A DNA stretch of 18,713 nt from Prasinococcaceae sp. CCMP 1430. Taxonomy: Eukaryota; Plantae; Prasinodermophyta. The position numbers and the translations under genes are program-made. The stretch spans positions 5,672 to 24,384 of the forward strand of contig RQSC01001236.1 in assembly GCA_013416795.1 (NCBI GenBank), given 5' to 3'. The stretch's first letter is position 1. Each line of letters begins with the position of its first letter. The notes under the pieces were generated by a model, which saw only the letters and a program-made list of their open reading frames with translations, did not search any database and had not been told where the DNA came from. Below, piece by piece: positions 1 through 11,000 of the stretch.

Positions 1-1328
1 CCGCGCACCGCGAGGAGCGCGAGCGCGAGCGCGCCGCTGCAGTGGCCGCGGCCGTCGCAGCGACGGCGGCGGGTGGCGGCACGCCGCGCCACGACAGCGG
101 CAGGGAGGGCGAGGCCTCTCCTGCTGCGTCGACGCGTTCGACACCCTCCCCGTCCGCCCGCATCGTGACCTCCCCATCAGTGCAGCGCAGCTACAGCGAC
201 GGCGAGAATCGCGCGGGAGTCAACAACAGCGGCGCGCTCGCACGCGCGGCTGCGACGCCCGCGGACAAGAGGAATGAGCGCCTGGGCCTCGCGGCGACGC
301 CGTCCGCCGCGGGTGCACAGGATGGGGATCTCCCCGCCACTGTGGGCGACGAGCTGAGCTCAGCGCAGCTGGAGTCCCTGGCGATGGACCTTGCCTCCGA
401 GATGGAGGAGCGCGTGCTGGCGCCCATCCGCCAGTGGCAGGCCGCTCTGCGCGACGCTCTGCGCTCCGTGCGTGACCTCGAGCACGCGCGCCTGGAGATC
501 GACGCGCGGCGCAGGCACGTGGCCTCCCTGCGGACGACGACGGAGAGGCTGCGCGCCAAGCTCACTGACAGCGGCGGTAGCCTGGGCGATGGCTCGAGCG
601 CGGAGTCCAGGCTTGACAAGGCCTTCCGCGCCCAGCAGCACAAGGAGGCGAAGCTCGGCGCTGCCCAGTCCGCCTTCGAGAGCCTCGAGGCCGACACGTA
701 CGAGCAGCTGGCGGCGCTGGCGCGCGATAGCACGCTCTTCCGCTCGTACATCGACACGGCCATCGTGCTGCAACGCGAGGCGTATGGCAGCCTCCCGACA
801 CCTTCCCTCACGGGGGCCAGCATGCCGGCGGCGGACGCCATTCGCAACACGACTGGCGGCTTCACGCCGGTGGCGGATTCGGACGCAGGCAGCGGTGCGA
901 GCAGCGCCCTCGATGCCTCGGGCGGTCTGCCGCACGCCCGCGTGCACAGCACGCATCTGGATGCGATGGGGCGGACGCCTGGCACCACACACGTCGGTCA
1001 CCTGTACGACGAGGAAGAGTACGACCACTACCCTGAAAGCACGCCCATGGGCGGCGGCGCTGCCATCCACCCGTATGCGGCGAGCCCGCGCGCTGCAGGC
1101 CCGCGGTACAGCCACATCAGCCACTCGCCATGGCCGCAGGAGTACCACGGCAATATGCCGGTGGACTGGACTGAGAGCGAGGGCGAGGGTCCAACCCCGA
1201 GGCACTACGGCTACCAGAGCGGTGGTAGCGTGGGGAGGAAGTTTAGCGACGGGCAGTCACCTATGACGCTGCCGCCTCGCGCTCCCCTCGCTCGACGCCA
1301 GTCGGCGGCGTCCGACACCACGTGGTAG
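1..1328 (+). CDS. 5'-truncated gene: BAR-domain-like/coiled-coil protein with a long disordered C-terminal tail
   Basis: Frame is open from position 3 to TAG at 1326-1328. The amphipathic helical block EMEERVLAPIRQWQ...RDLEHARLEIDARRRHVASLR...HKEAKLGAAQSAFESLEADTYEQLAAL...FRSYIDTAIVLQREAY resembles BAR helices 2-3. The tail is S/P/G/H-rich. The start lies outside the window. Confidence 0.55.
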   Translation, partial: AHREERERERAAAVAAAVAATAAGGGTPRHDSGREGEASPAASTRSTPSPSARIVTSPSVQRSYSDGENRAGVNNSGALARAAATPADKRNERLGLAATPSAAGAQDGDLPATVGDELSSAQLESLAMDLASEMEERVLAPIRQWQAALRDALRSVRDLEHARLEIDARRRHVASLRTTTERLRAKLTDSGGSLGDGSSAESRLDKAFRAQQHKEAKLGAAQSAFESLEADTYEQLAALARDSTLFRSYIDTAIVLQREAYGSLPTPSLTGASMPAADAIRNTTGGFTPVADSDAGSGASSALDASGGLPHARVHSTHLDAMGRTPGTTHVGHLYDEEEYDHYPESTPMGGGAAIHPYAASPRAAGPRYSHISHSPWPQEYHGNMPVDWTESEGEGPTPRHYGYQSGGSVGRKFSDGQSPMTLPPRAPLARRQSAASDTTW

Positions 1329-1620
1329 GAGACAACGAGGGCCCTCGCGCCGTCGGCGCGCGCGCCGCAGTAATTGCGGCAGCGGACAAGCGGGCGGCGT
1401 GAGCAGCAAACCAACGCGCGTGATGAGAGACTTCGCTCAGAAGTGTCGCGGGCCGGAGGCGAGACTGAGAAGTAAATGAAGAGGCGCCTCTGACCAACTC
1501 GTCAGTAAGGCGCGCATCATGCGTGGCGCCGGCTGTGAGGCACGCGCGCTGGCTGGTCTCAAGTACAGTGAGATATGTTACTGGATGATGTTGTACATTG
1601 CGAGTGGGCCGCGCTCGTGC

Positions 1621-3556
1621 TCACAAGGCGGTGCCGAGCGCGTCCGCGCTGCGCAGCGCCGCGGAGAAACGCCCATCCTTGGCCCGGGCGAGCTCGGTCG
1701 GCGTGCCGCTCTCCACCACCTGCCCTCCTTCCAGGTACAGCACGCGGTCGCAACACATGGCGGCTTCGAGGCGGTGGGCCACAAGCTGCGCGCAGCGTCA
1801 GTGTCGCGAGAGACGGCGGCGGGCCAGCACGCGCGTGCGCATGGAGCGACCACGTGGCGCGCGAGACGTACCAGAATGGCCGTGCCGCTCTCCTTGCACG
1901 TCCGGACGGTCTCTTTAATGAGCCGTGACTGCGATGCGCCGTCGAGAGCGGCGGTGGGTTCGTCGAGCACGACGAGACGCGCGGTGTTGTCGTCGCCAGC
2001 ATCTGCGGGCGCGCCACCCTGGCCGTCGCCACGACCAAGGGTGCGGTAGAGCGCGCGCGCAACTCCGACGCGAGCGCGCTGGCCGCCGCTGAGCGCCGAA
2101 CCGGATTCGCCCACCGGCGCGTCGAGCCCGCCCATCGCGCGCACGAACTCGTCTGCGTCTGCGCGCTCCAGCGCCTTTTGCGCCCGCGCGCGCGCACCGG
2201 CGGCGTCGCTTGTCGCCGTGTGGCTACGGCCCAGCGCGATGTTGTCCAGCACGCTGCCCGAAAGGAGCTGCGCTTGCTGGGGTGCGAGTGCCACAAGGTC
2301 ATGCACGTCTACACAGCGGTGGTGGCGGTGGCCGGCGAGAGCAGGCGAACGCCGCACCCTCCTTCGTCAGCACCAGAGGGCCCAACTCTGCGAGCGGGCG
2401 GGCGAGCGAGCGAGAGACGCGCGCACGAACGCGACGCGCGAGCGAGCGCACCTTCGAGCTTCATGCCTTTCACGTCGCGACCGCAAAGCAGCACCTCCCC
2501 GGCCTGCGCGTCCGCGAGCCTCGCCGCCAGCAGCGCGACGGTGCTCTTGCCCGAGCCCGAGGGGCCGACCAGCGCGACGGCCTCGCCCCTCCGGACGCAG
2601 AGGGACAGGCCGCGCAGCGCCGGTTCGCGCGCGCCGTCATCCCCCGGACCCGCTGCGTTTGCGCCCTGGTCGCCCTGGCCACCGTCGCCGCCGATATCGG
2701 GCATCCGCGGGGCCGCCGCGTAGTCGAACCAGACGCCCTCCAGGCGCAGCACGTCCGAGTCGGCGTCGGAGCGGTCGCCGTGCGCGGCGGCGCCGTCCTT
2801 GACCGCGGGCTCGAGCGCCGCGAGCTCCTCGAGCCTCGCAATGGCAGGTTCGGCCTGCTTGAGCTCGTTGAAGGCGCTGCCCGCGTTCTGTATCGGCTCG
2901 ATGAGCAGGGCGAGGCACGTCACGAACGACACCAGCCCGCCGGCGCCCAGCGCGCTGGCGCGCACCGCGGCGGCGCCCGCCAGCAGCAGCGCGAGGACCG
3001 TCGCCGCGTACACGCCGGCAATGGCGCCGGTGGCGATCGCGCGCGAGCGCTNNNNNNNNNNNNNNNNNNNNNNNNNNNNNNNNNNNNNNNNNNNNNNNNN
3101 NNNNNNNNNNNNNNNNNNNNNNNNNNNNNNNNNNNNNNNNNNNNNNNNNNNNNNNNNNNNNNNNNNNNNNNNNNNNNNNNNNNNNNNNNNNNNNNNNNNN
3201 NNNNNNNNNNNNNNNNNNNNNNNNNNNNNNNNNNNNNNNNNNNNNNNNNNNNNNNNNNNNNNNNNNNNNNNNNNNNNNNNNNNNNNNNNNNNNNNNNNNN
3301 NNNNNNNNNNNNNNNNNNNNNNNNNNNNNNNNNNNNNNNNNNNNNNNNNNNNNNNNNNNNNNNNNNNNNNNNNNNNNNNNNNNNNNNNNNNNNNNNNNNN
3401 NNNNNNNNNNNNNNNNNNNNNNNNNNNNNNNNNNNNNNNNNNNNNNNNNNNNNNNNNNNNNNNNNNNNNNNNNNNNNNNNNNNNNNNNNNNNNNNNNNNN
3501 NNNNNNNNNNNNNNNNNNNNNNNNNGCCGCGGCGCGGCGGCGGCGCGCGCCGCCAT
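1621..3556 (-). CDS. ABCB29: ABC transporter B family half-transporter, ABCB29/ATH12-like (probably plastid). Exons: 3556..(gap)..2452, 2308..1872, 1785..1621
   Basis: TMD end SFVTCLALLIEPIQNAGSAFNELKQAEPAIARL is recalled as matching plant ABCB29. Also Walker A GPSGSGKST, Q-loop APQQAQLLSGSVLDNI, signature LSGGQRAR, Walker B LVVLDEPTAALD and H-loop LVAHRL. Two GT-AG introns restore the frame. The ATG at 3556 (MAARAAAAPR) is tentative because it lies across the N gap. Confidence 0.85.
1786..1871 (-). other. Spliceosomal intron (86 nt, phase 0) in the ABC gene
   Basis: Donor CTG|GTACGT, branch ACTGAC (1802-1797), acceptor CGCAG|CTT. Splicing joins TAIL to LVAHRL. Confidence 0.85.
2309..2451 (-). 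other. Spliceosomal intron (143 nt, phase 1) in the ABC gene
   Basis: Donor AAG|GTGCGC, branch GCTGAC (2371-2366), acceptor TGTAG|AC. Splicing gives GMKLE-D-VHDLVALAPQQ. Confidence 0.85.
3052..3525. other. Assembly gap (474 N)
   Basis: Run of N. It hides most of the ABC transmembrane domain and is probably shorter than the true missing sequence. Confidence 0.99.
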
Positions 3557-3663
3557 GGCGAGCGCGGGCGCAAGCGCGCGGTGTGTGCGCGGTGTGTGAC
3601 ACGCGCTCGTGCTCCTCGCGCGGTGCGGGCTGCGCAACCGGCTTCCGAGAGGCCCAACAAGGC

Positions 3664-3717
3664 CGTAAGCTTACGTAAGGGTCTACGGGTATACCCTAAC
3701 CCTAACCCAAACCTTAT
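3664..3717. repeat. Overlapping palindromes followed by short interstitial telomere-like CCCTAA repeats
   Basis: Palindromes CGTAAGCTTACG (3664-3675), CTTACGTAAG (3670-3679) and GGGTATACCC (3687-3696), then CCCTAA-CCCTAA-CCCAAA-CCTTAT (3694-3717). Confidence 0.75.
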
Positions 3718-3748
3718 CCGTTGCGCGTCCCTCCGGGAACGCGACAAG

Positions 3749-3970
3749 CTACGCGCCCGCCAAGTGATAGCGGCTCTTACCTGGCTCGTAGACGGCGTCG
3801 ACGACGACGCCCAGCTCGCCCGAATTGACGACGCCCATGGGCGTAACCAAGCTGGCCTTGCACTTGACGACGGTCTTGCTGAGCACCATGGCGGCCTCGG
3901 CGTCCTTCGCGACGGCCTCAGCGGGGCTCTTGCGATGGCCGCGCGGTTGGCCAGGAGGTCCTCGGCGAAC
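3749..3970 (-). pseudogene. Orphan coding fragment resembling part of a Pif1-family/Helitron helicase, with an apparent 1-nt frameshift near 3931
   Basis: Reads FAEDLLANRAAI/(shift)/KSPAEAVAKDAEAAMVLSKTVVKCKASLVTPMGVVNSGELGVVVDAVYEPG with strongly GC-ending codons. The end resembles the Pif1 2B-region pattern VMLxxNLxxxxGLVNGxxGxVxxIxY. Confidence 0.35.
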
Positions 3971-4589
3971 CTATCGCCTACATTTCGCCGGAATCTGTCG
4001 GGCCCAGGTGCTCGGGACGCATGAAGCTCGCAATGGCATCGCAAAGGCACGCGCAGAGCCTGCAGCCCAGTGCCAATCCCTGTGACGGCGTCGCGGTTCG
4101 ACACCGAACCCAACTGCATCGCTCTAACGCTCGCCCTCGTGCCGCTCAAAGGCAAGGATCCGATTTCGTCCAGTTTTGGGGCGGGAGCGCACGCCCGTGT
4201 GTAGGGTGAGGCTCACCTGCCCCGATATCACTGGGCAGCCGCTGCGCTCGAAGCGGCTAAACTCCGCCGTCTTCATGGCTCGACTTCATTCCGCAGTGCA
4301 AAAGTGGTGATTTGCGCGCCCGCGAGGAGCCTTTTTCAATCCACGGACACCTGCTGAACATCTCCGTATTTCTGCACATCACCATGCATCCAATCCAACA
4401 ATGTCCCGCATTACAAAAGTCCGCACGTCATCGCGCCATCTACTCGCCTTGCACCCTCTCGCTGGGAGCTATCCGTTGGCTGCCGTCGCCATCGAATCGA
4501 ACGTCCATCGCCATCGCAGCGTCGCCCGCATTGGAAGTGACCTCACTTTTTTTCTCTGTTGCAGCAGGCCATCACACACACAGGCACAC

Positions 4590-4618
4590 TGTCATTGTCA
4601 GTGTCAGTGTCAGTGTCA
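4590..4618. repeat. Hexamer tandem repeat, five TGTCA units at 6-bp period
   Basis: tgtcat tgtcag tgtcag tgtcag tgtca. Confidence 0.85.
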
Positions 4619-4718
4619 AAACACACGCAAAAAGTGGAAACGGAAATGTGAGCGGGTGGTGGGAGCGCGCGACTTCGAACAGCCGCGCGAACGCGCGCGC
4701 GCGCACGCGCGCCAACAG

Positions 4719-4759
4719 CCCCCCCCCCCTCCCCCCCCCACACACACATCACCACCACC
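4719..4759. repeat. Poly-C tract followed by (CA)n and (CAC)n low-complexity sequence
   Basis: C11-T-C9, then acacacacatcaccaccacc. Confidence 0.85.
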
Positions 4760-5036
4760 GGCAACGCGGCGAGGCCGACGCGCGACGCCAGAGCGCGCGC
4801 CGCGGGCGGCGCCGCGCGCGCGCGTCGACGCCGCGCTCGCGCGACGGGGAGGGCGGAGGGCTCCCGGCTCCGTCCTGGCGAGCGGGGCGGGCGCGCGCGG
4901 AGGGCGCGTCGAGGGCACAAGCCAAGCAGGGCCTCGAGGACTTCCCCGCGACGACGGGCCCGCGCCGCGCCGCTAGGCCTGCGCCTCGCCCTCGGGACTA
5001 GGGCGCCCGCGGGACGCGGCCGTCGGAGCGGTCGGC

Positions 5037-8000
5037 ATGTCTCAGTACTGTCTCGGCGGTGTGTACGGGCGGCGGGCGGACACGACGCGGCCCCTTCCGC
5101 ACGCCGGAGTCACACCCATGACGAGGCACTTCTCCCTCGCGCGGCGCCGGAGGCGGCACGGGCACCGCGCGGCGCAGTGCCTGGCGGCGCTGCTGCGTGG
5201 GCCGTCGGCGCGGGGCGCGCTGGGCGCGACAGTCGCGCTGCTGGTCGTTGCGGTGGCAGGCTGCGGCCTGCTCGCAGTGAGGCTCGGCGCGATGCCGTCG
5301 CTCTCGTGGTCCGCATTCCTCGGCCGAAGCGGCGGCTCGTCCCTGCTCCGTGCGCCTGGTGCCCACTTCGGCGGCAGCAGCAGCGACCTGCTGTCCATGC
5401 TGGTCCCGACGCACACGTGCGTGCGCGAGCGAGTGCGCGCCACCGCCCCAGGACTGACCCCGCGCGTGCGCAGACGCGAGGCTGACGCGCGCACGCGCGT
5501 CCTGGCGAACGGACGTGCCATTTCCACGCTGCATCCATCGCAGGGCGCAGCAGCGCGAGCCGTCCCATCGCTGCGGCGCGCCCACGCTCCCTGCCCCGCC
5601 GCCCGGCGCGCTGCCCCCTGGCGGCGCGCCCGCCGTCGGCATATGCACGCTCGTGCGCGACGAAGCGCGCGCGCTGCGTGAGTGGTTGCATCATCACGCC
5701 GCTGTCGGCGTGTCTGTCGTGTACGTGTACGACGACAGCTCAACGGACGACACGGCCGAGGTGCTGGCCCCGTACGAGGCCGCTGGCTTCGCGCGGCGCG
5801 TGCCATGGCCATCAGACCACGCCCAGGCGGCCGGGGTGGTGTGCGACGGCGGGGAGTCTGGCGAGTACAGTTATTGCCAGACCGCCGCGCTCAACGACTG
5901 CCTCGAGCGCGCCGCTGCGGGCGACATGGCGACGGGCAGCTGGCTGGCATTCGTCGACACCGACGAGTTTCTCGTGCCAAAGCTGCCGCTGCGCACGGTA
6001 CAGCAGGCGATCGAATCGTACGTCGGCATGGGCGCCGGCGCCGATGGGAGCGCGTGCGATGTGCTCGCGGTGCCTGGGGCCTTGCACGGCTCGAACGGCG
6101 CCGTCGCTCGGCCGTCCAACGGTGAGCTCGCATCGGACGCGTTCGCCGCTCGTGGGCCTTGGGAGTTCCCCAATGTGAGCGCCCGCCATGATGCCGGTGG
6201 GGAGGCCGACGGGGAAGCGCCCCTCTCCTCATCATCGTTGCCGCAGCTCGAGGCGCTCGTGCGCGCCTTCGACGGGTCGAAACGTTCGTTTGAGAAGGAC
6301 GCGATCAAGCCGAAGAGCTTCATTCGACTCAGCGACGCGGTGCGCACAGGGGACGTGAGCTTCGAGCGACTCGAAGGCCGGGAGACAGGATGTGGATCGC
6401 ACCTGCCCGTCGCCCGCAGTCGCGACGCAGCTGCGTTCGGCACGGGAGGAGGGGGCGCCGTCGTGTGCACCCTGATGCCTGCGGCGACGTGCATCGCTCG
6501 CGTCGGCGACTTCAACGAAGAGGAGGTTGCCAAGCAGGAACGGCGCCGCAGGAGGCACGCCGCATGGAAAGCCGAGGGAGGGACTCGACGCGCCACCAAG
6601 ATTCGAATACGCAGCACATCAAACCATACCCTCGACGCGACGCCCGTACGCGGTCTAGAAGACGACGCGGCTCTTGTGATGCTGCGTTTGAAGAGGAAGC
6701 AGCAGAGGCAGCGTGCTAGGCAGGCGCAGGAGCATCGTCTCCAGCGGTTGGCACGCGGCGGCTCCCTTACCGCGAGCTCCCGCGGTCTGAGGCACCTCAT
6801 GCAGGACGACGCTCGAGACGATTTTGTGGCACAAAAGTCCGCCGGAACATCTCTACCGCTTGGGCACCTGCCAGAGCCGTCGGTGATTACGCAGGGCTTC
6901 AACAAAGGCATGGCTGTGCGAGTGCTAGAGTCATCGCCTGCGGACGCGCTGCTGTGGTACAATCACTACAAGATGAAGTCCTCGGAGGACTGGGGATGGA
7001 AGCAGATCAAGGGCGTAGCGCAGGCCCGAGGTGACAACAAGTGGCGATCGGTGACGGCCAACAAGCTCGACAGAAACGAGGAGCCCGTCGACGCATCGAC
7101 GCGCGCGCTCGCCGACATCGTTGCCTCGTCGCTCGGAGGGCGCGTCTCCGACTCGGGCGGTACGCACGCCGGCACCGTCGTTGTCGTAGACTCCTCGCCT
7201 CAACCCTTCAGCCAGAGCAGCGGCGCACAGCTTATGCTCAGACTATTGCACGCTGCGGGCGCTGGCGTGGGGACAGACGCCACCCTCGGCGCGACGAGCA
7301 AGCTCGTCGACGGCCAACCTGGGCTGAGCACGCTGGCCGAACGAGCCATGTGCACCCTTCCGTCCGCACCAGCTTTCGGTGCCGGCGCACCCGAGTCGCT
7401 GGCTGCAGAGCCCGTGTCATTAGAGGCCGCTCGCTGGGGGGACGATGCAGCGCGATGGGTGCGCCAGCTCGTTCACAGCAATGCGGCACGACAGGTCCGC
7501 ACGCAGTCTGCGCCAGCACTCATCGGCTTTGATACGGCAAGAGGCGACAACGCTATCGTCGGCGGAGGCGGCGCGCTCGCGCTCACGCTGTCGCACGGGA
7601 CGCGATGGACGAGCGTGCTGCCGCCAGATTCCGTCTTTGTTGTGTCAATTGGCGAGCCCGTGGTGGTCGCCAGCGACATGCTGGCCGCCGGGTGGTGCGA
7701 CACGCTCGCGCAGGGACACGCGCTGTGGGCTGCGCTCACTGTGCTCACGCTCGATGCCGTCGCCCAGTTTCGCCACAAGCTCGTCGTGGCACCCGCGGCC
7801 AAGCACGCACCACGAGCGGTGCTGCGCGAGTGCATGGGTGCCCTTGAGGTCTTCGGCGTGTCGAGCTGCGGTGGGCTCATGACGCCGTCTGAAAAGGAGC
7901 TCGAATGGATTGCCAACTCCTCGACAGCTACCGCTGACGCGCAGCACATCGGGAGCGAGAGCGCTCCCACCGCCGCTGTCGGCCGCGGTCGTGACGTCGG

Positions 8001-11000
8001 CGATGGCGGCCGAGCGAGCGCGTCTTCGCCAATCTCGCTGGCGAACGCCCTCTTTGCGATGGCGCGAGTGGCTGCTGCTGGGACGCGCGCTTCCGCATTT
8101 GCGTCGGATGTGCGAACTTCGGATGCAGCGGGCTGGCTCGGTGGGGTTGTCGGGGACGGCGGCAGTGCCGCGACGCCACTCGACATTGCATATGCGGCAG
8201 TCAGATTATCAGGCGTCGGCGAGGCCAATCGAGGCGAGGTGCCGTTGCAGAGGACGGCCGGCACTGCGGCGGACGCGTTCGAAGCGTTGCGAGACGCACG
8301 AGACGCGCTGGCGTGGCGAGTATGCGCAGGCCGAAGCGCACACGCGCAACGTATGGCGAGGCCTTCTTCTGATGGCGAGGGTCCGACCGACAATGTTGGT
8401 GGCGCACGCGTTGGATTTGGGGGCGACGCAGCTGCGAGTGGAGACACGGACGCGGTGAAGGCAATCAATGCAGGTAGGCCCCCCTCGAACTCGAATGTCG
8501 GGTCTCTTGCAGCGCACGGTGCGCTCGCAGTCAACGCGAGTGCTTCAGCGACCCAAGTCGGCCGTCACATTGAGCAGGCGAGCGTTGGAACCCTCGAGCA
8601 CTACGACGTGCTCATCGCCCGAGGCTTTCGGTGTGCCGGAGCGCCTCTCTCGCGCTCTGAGATGCACACTCTCAACGACGCCACGCCTGTGCCAGGCCCC
8701 GAGTACTGCGCCAGCATGTGCGACGCTCTCGACGAGTGCGCGCACTTCTTGTATGCAGGCTTCGGGAGGTGCTGCCGCCTCTTCGACGCACGGGCCTGCA
8801 ATACAACGATGCCAGGCACGGGGACGCTGCAGACGTACACCAAACGTGCGCGAGCGACACAGACTCTTGCCGAAGTTGACATTGAGGCGTACATGCACTC
8901 GGTGACTGCGAAGCGCCGGGCACTGCCAGACGCCGACGCGCAGAGACTTCTCCTCACGCCTGGGGACGACATCGAGCAATCGCGAGGCCCACTGTCTCAG
9001 GTCAAAGCTGGGCTGACTCTCATGAAGGCCAACCCGCGCAGGTTTCGCGTGGTGACGCCCGTGGCCTCCGCTGCGTCCGCAGCACAGAACGAGGAGGAGG
9101 TCCGCGCCATGTCCTCTGCGGCGGTGGCAGACTCTGTCACTAGCCATGCTGACAACGGTGCAGGCATTCTTGTTGGAGACGATTCGGGTGTTCGAGGGGA
9201 CGGGGATGACACTGGTGGCGCTCACGGCGTCCCATCGTCAAACCGCGTGGGCAATGCATTCATTGGCGCGGGAGACGGCCTCGACTGCCAGCGCGGAAAC
9301 ACCACTGTGCTCATAGCAGTGATGAGCACATCGTCGCCTTCGAGTGCAGCATCGCGTGCCACCATTCGCGCGACGTGGGGCGATCGTACCACGCCGACGC
9401 GTATGAACGTGTGTGGCGTCGGTACGGCGGATGTGGTCTTCGTTGTGAGCGCCCGCGCACTTGAACGCTCGAGCGCTCTGCGAGAGGAAGCGCAGCTGCA
9501 CGGTGACATCTTAGGCGTGCACATCGAGGACTTCGGCGCCTCGTCTGCGCGCGCTGGTGGTGACGCAGCTCACGCCGTCGATGACGGACGCCCGGCACCA
9601 TCCTCGTCGCTCTTTAGGACGCCCGACCTTACCGTTTGTGCCACACATGAGAACACCACCGGCGCACCATACGGCAGCGATGAGGCTGGGGCGTGTCCGC
9701 ACACGGTGCTCGACAGAGACAGTTACCTTCACTTGCCGTACAAGCTCGCAGCGATGGTCGGGCTCTTCGCGACCGCTCCTGCATACGCCAAGTATGACTT
9801 TTTCATGAAGTTCGACGAGGACGGCGTCGTGAACGTCCCAGCAGTTCTGCGCTTGGCTGGCACTCTCGACCCGAGGCTCACGTACGCCGGCAGCTTCGTC
9901 GACTGCGCGCCGGTGCCAAGCCGCGGCAAGTGGGCAGATCCGCAGGCGGCCGCTCACGCGCGCACGTACGCAGCCCCTTATGCGCTGGGAAGCAGGGGCT
10001 ACATCCTCGGCCGCGGGGTGGTCAAGTACGCCGCTCGCAGGCTCGCCGATATGTCACCAACATCCGCGCTTGGGCTGGCGGCGACAACCGTGGCGTCGCT
10101 CTCGCGCGTCAACGAGGATGCTATGCTGGGCGCGCTGCTCGCGCCCGTGCTGCAGCACGTGCAGGTGCGGCTTGTGGATAGGGAGAGCGCGTTTGGAGCA
10201 CGTTCGGCGGGGCGGCGCGGTCGTGGACGACGTGGTATGGAAATGCAATCGCAAGGGCGCGCACTGCAACAGGTCACGTCACGATTTGCCGGGCGCGCCG
10301 CCGATGCGCCAGCAGCTGCGCTTAAGCGGCTGCGCGAACACCCCAATAAGGCGGAGCTCCTCACCGTGACGCAGCTGAAGACGCCCGAGCAGGTCGCTGA
10401 GGCATTCATTATAATCGCCGGTGACGCGAGCAGGACACGCACATCTGGCACGACTGGCGTCAAAGAGAGCCCCACGTTGGTCGAACCGCCGTCGTCGATT
10501 GCCAGGTCCATGCCAGTCGCTGTTCGCGCGGCAGAGGAGGCGCAGTCGCGCTCGGCCGCGCTGCTTCAGGCGCAGCGCGGCGATTTGTACGGCGCGCAGT
10601 GGTCCGGCCGTGGTCAAGATGCGGGCGGGTCTTTCAGACGGCGCGTGGCAGCTGAGACATTTGCGTTCGGCGGTGCATCCGCTTCGGTGACTGAGGATCT
10701 CCAGTGGAGACAGGGGGGGCATCAGCATGCGCTCCGCACGGTGCACGAGCAGCAGCGCGACTCATTGCGCGAGGCCGACGACGCTGCACCCCAAATTGCA
10801 CTCCTGGGCTTCCACCACTCAGGCACGAGCATCGCGATGCGGCTGGCCATGTTGCTCGGCATATGGGGCGGCGATTTGGAGGATTTCGAGCTGTCTCCCT
10901 CTAACCCGCTCATGAAGTTCTGGGAGCGCAGCGATGTTGTCGAGGCCAATCAGGAACTCTTTGACGCAGGCTGGGCGCACTCTGTCGCGCACGGGGTGGG

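Noticed and set aside
2210-4155. ORFs spanning the N run
   Set aside because: Artefacts of translating through an assembly gap of estimated length.
4545-4567. T-rich acceptor-like site (tttttttctctgttgcag) on the plus strand
   Set aside because: No supportable exon pair, and its style differs from the well-supported introns here.
4312-5001. 229-aa and 191-aa plus-strand ORFs with poly-Pro/His, VSVSVS or CQCQCQ
   Set aside because: They are translations of simple repeats in a likely promoter/UTR, with non-coding-like codon usage.
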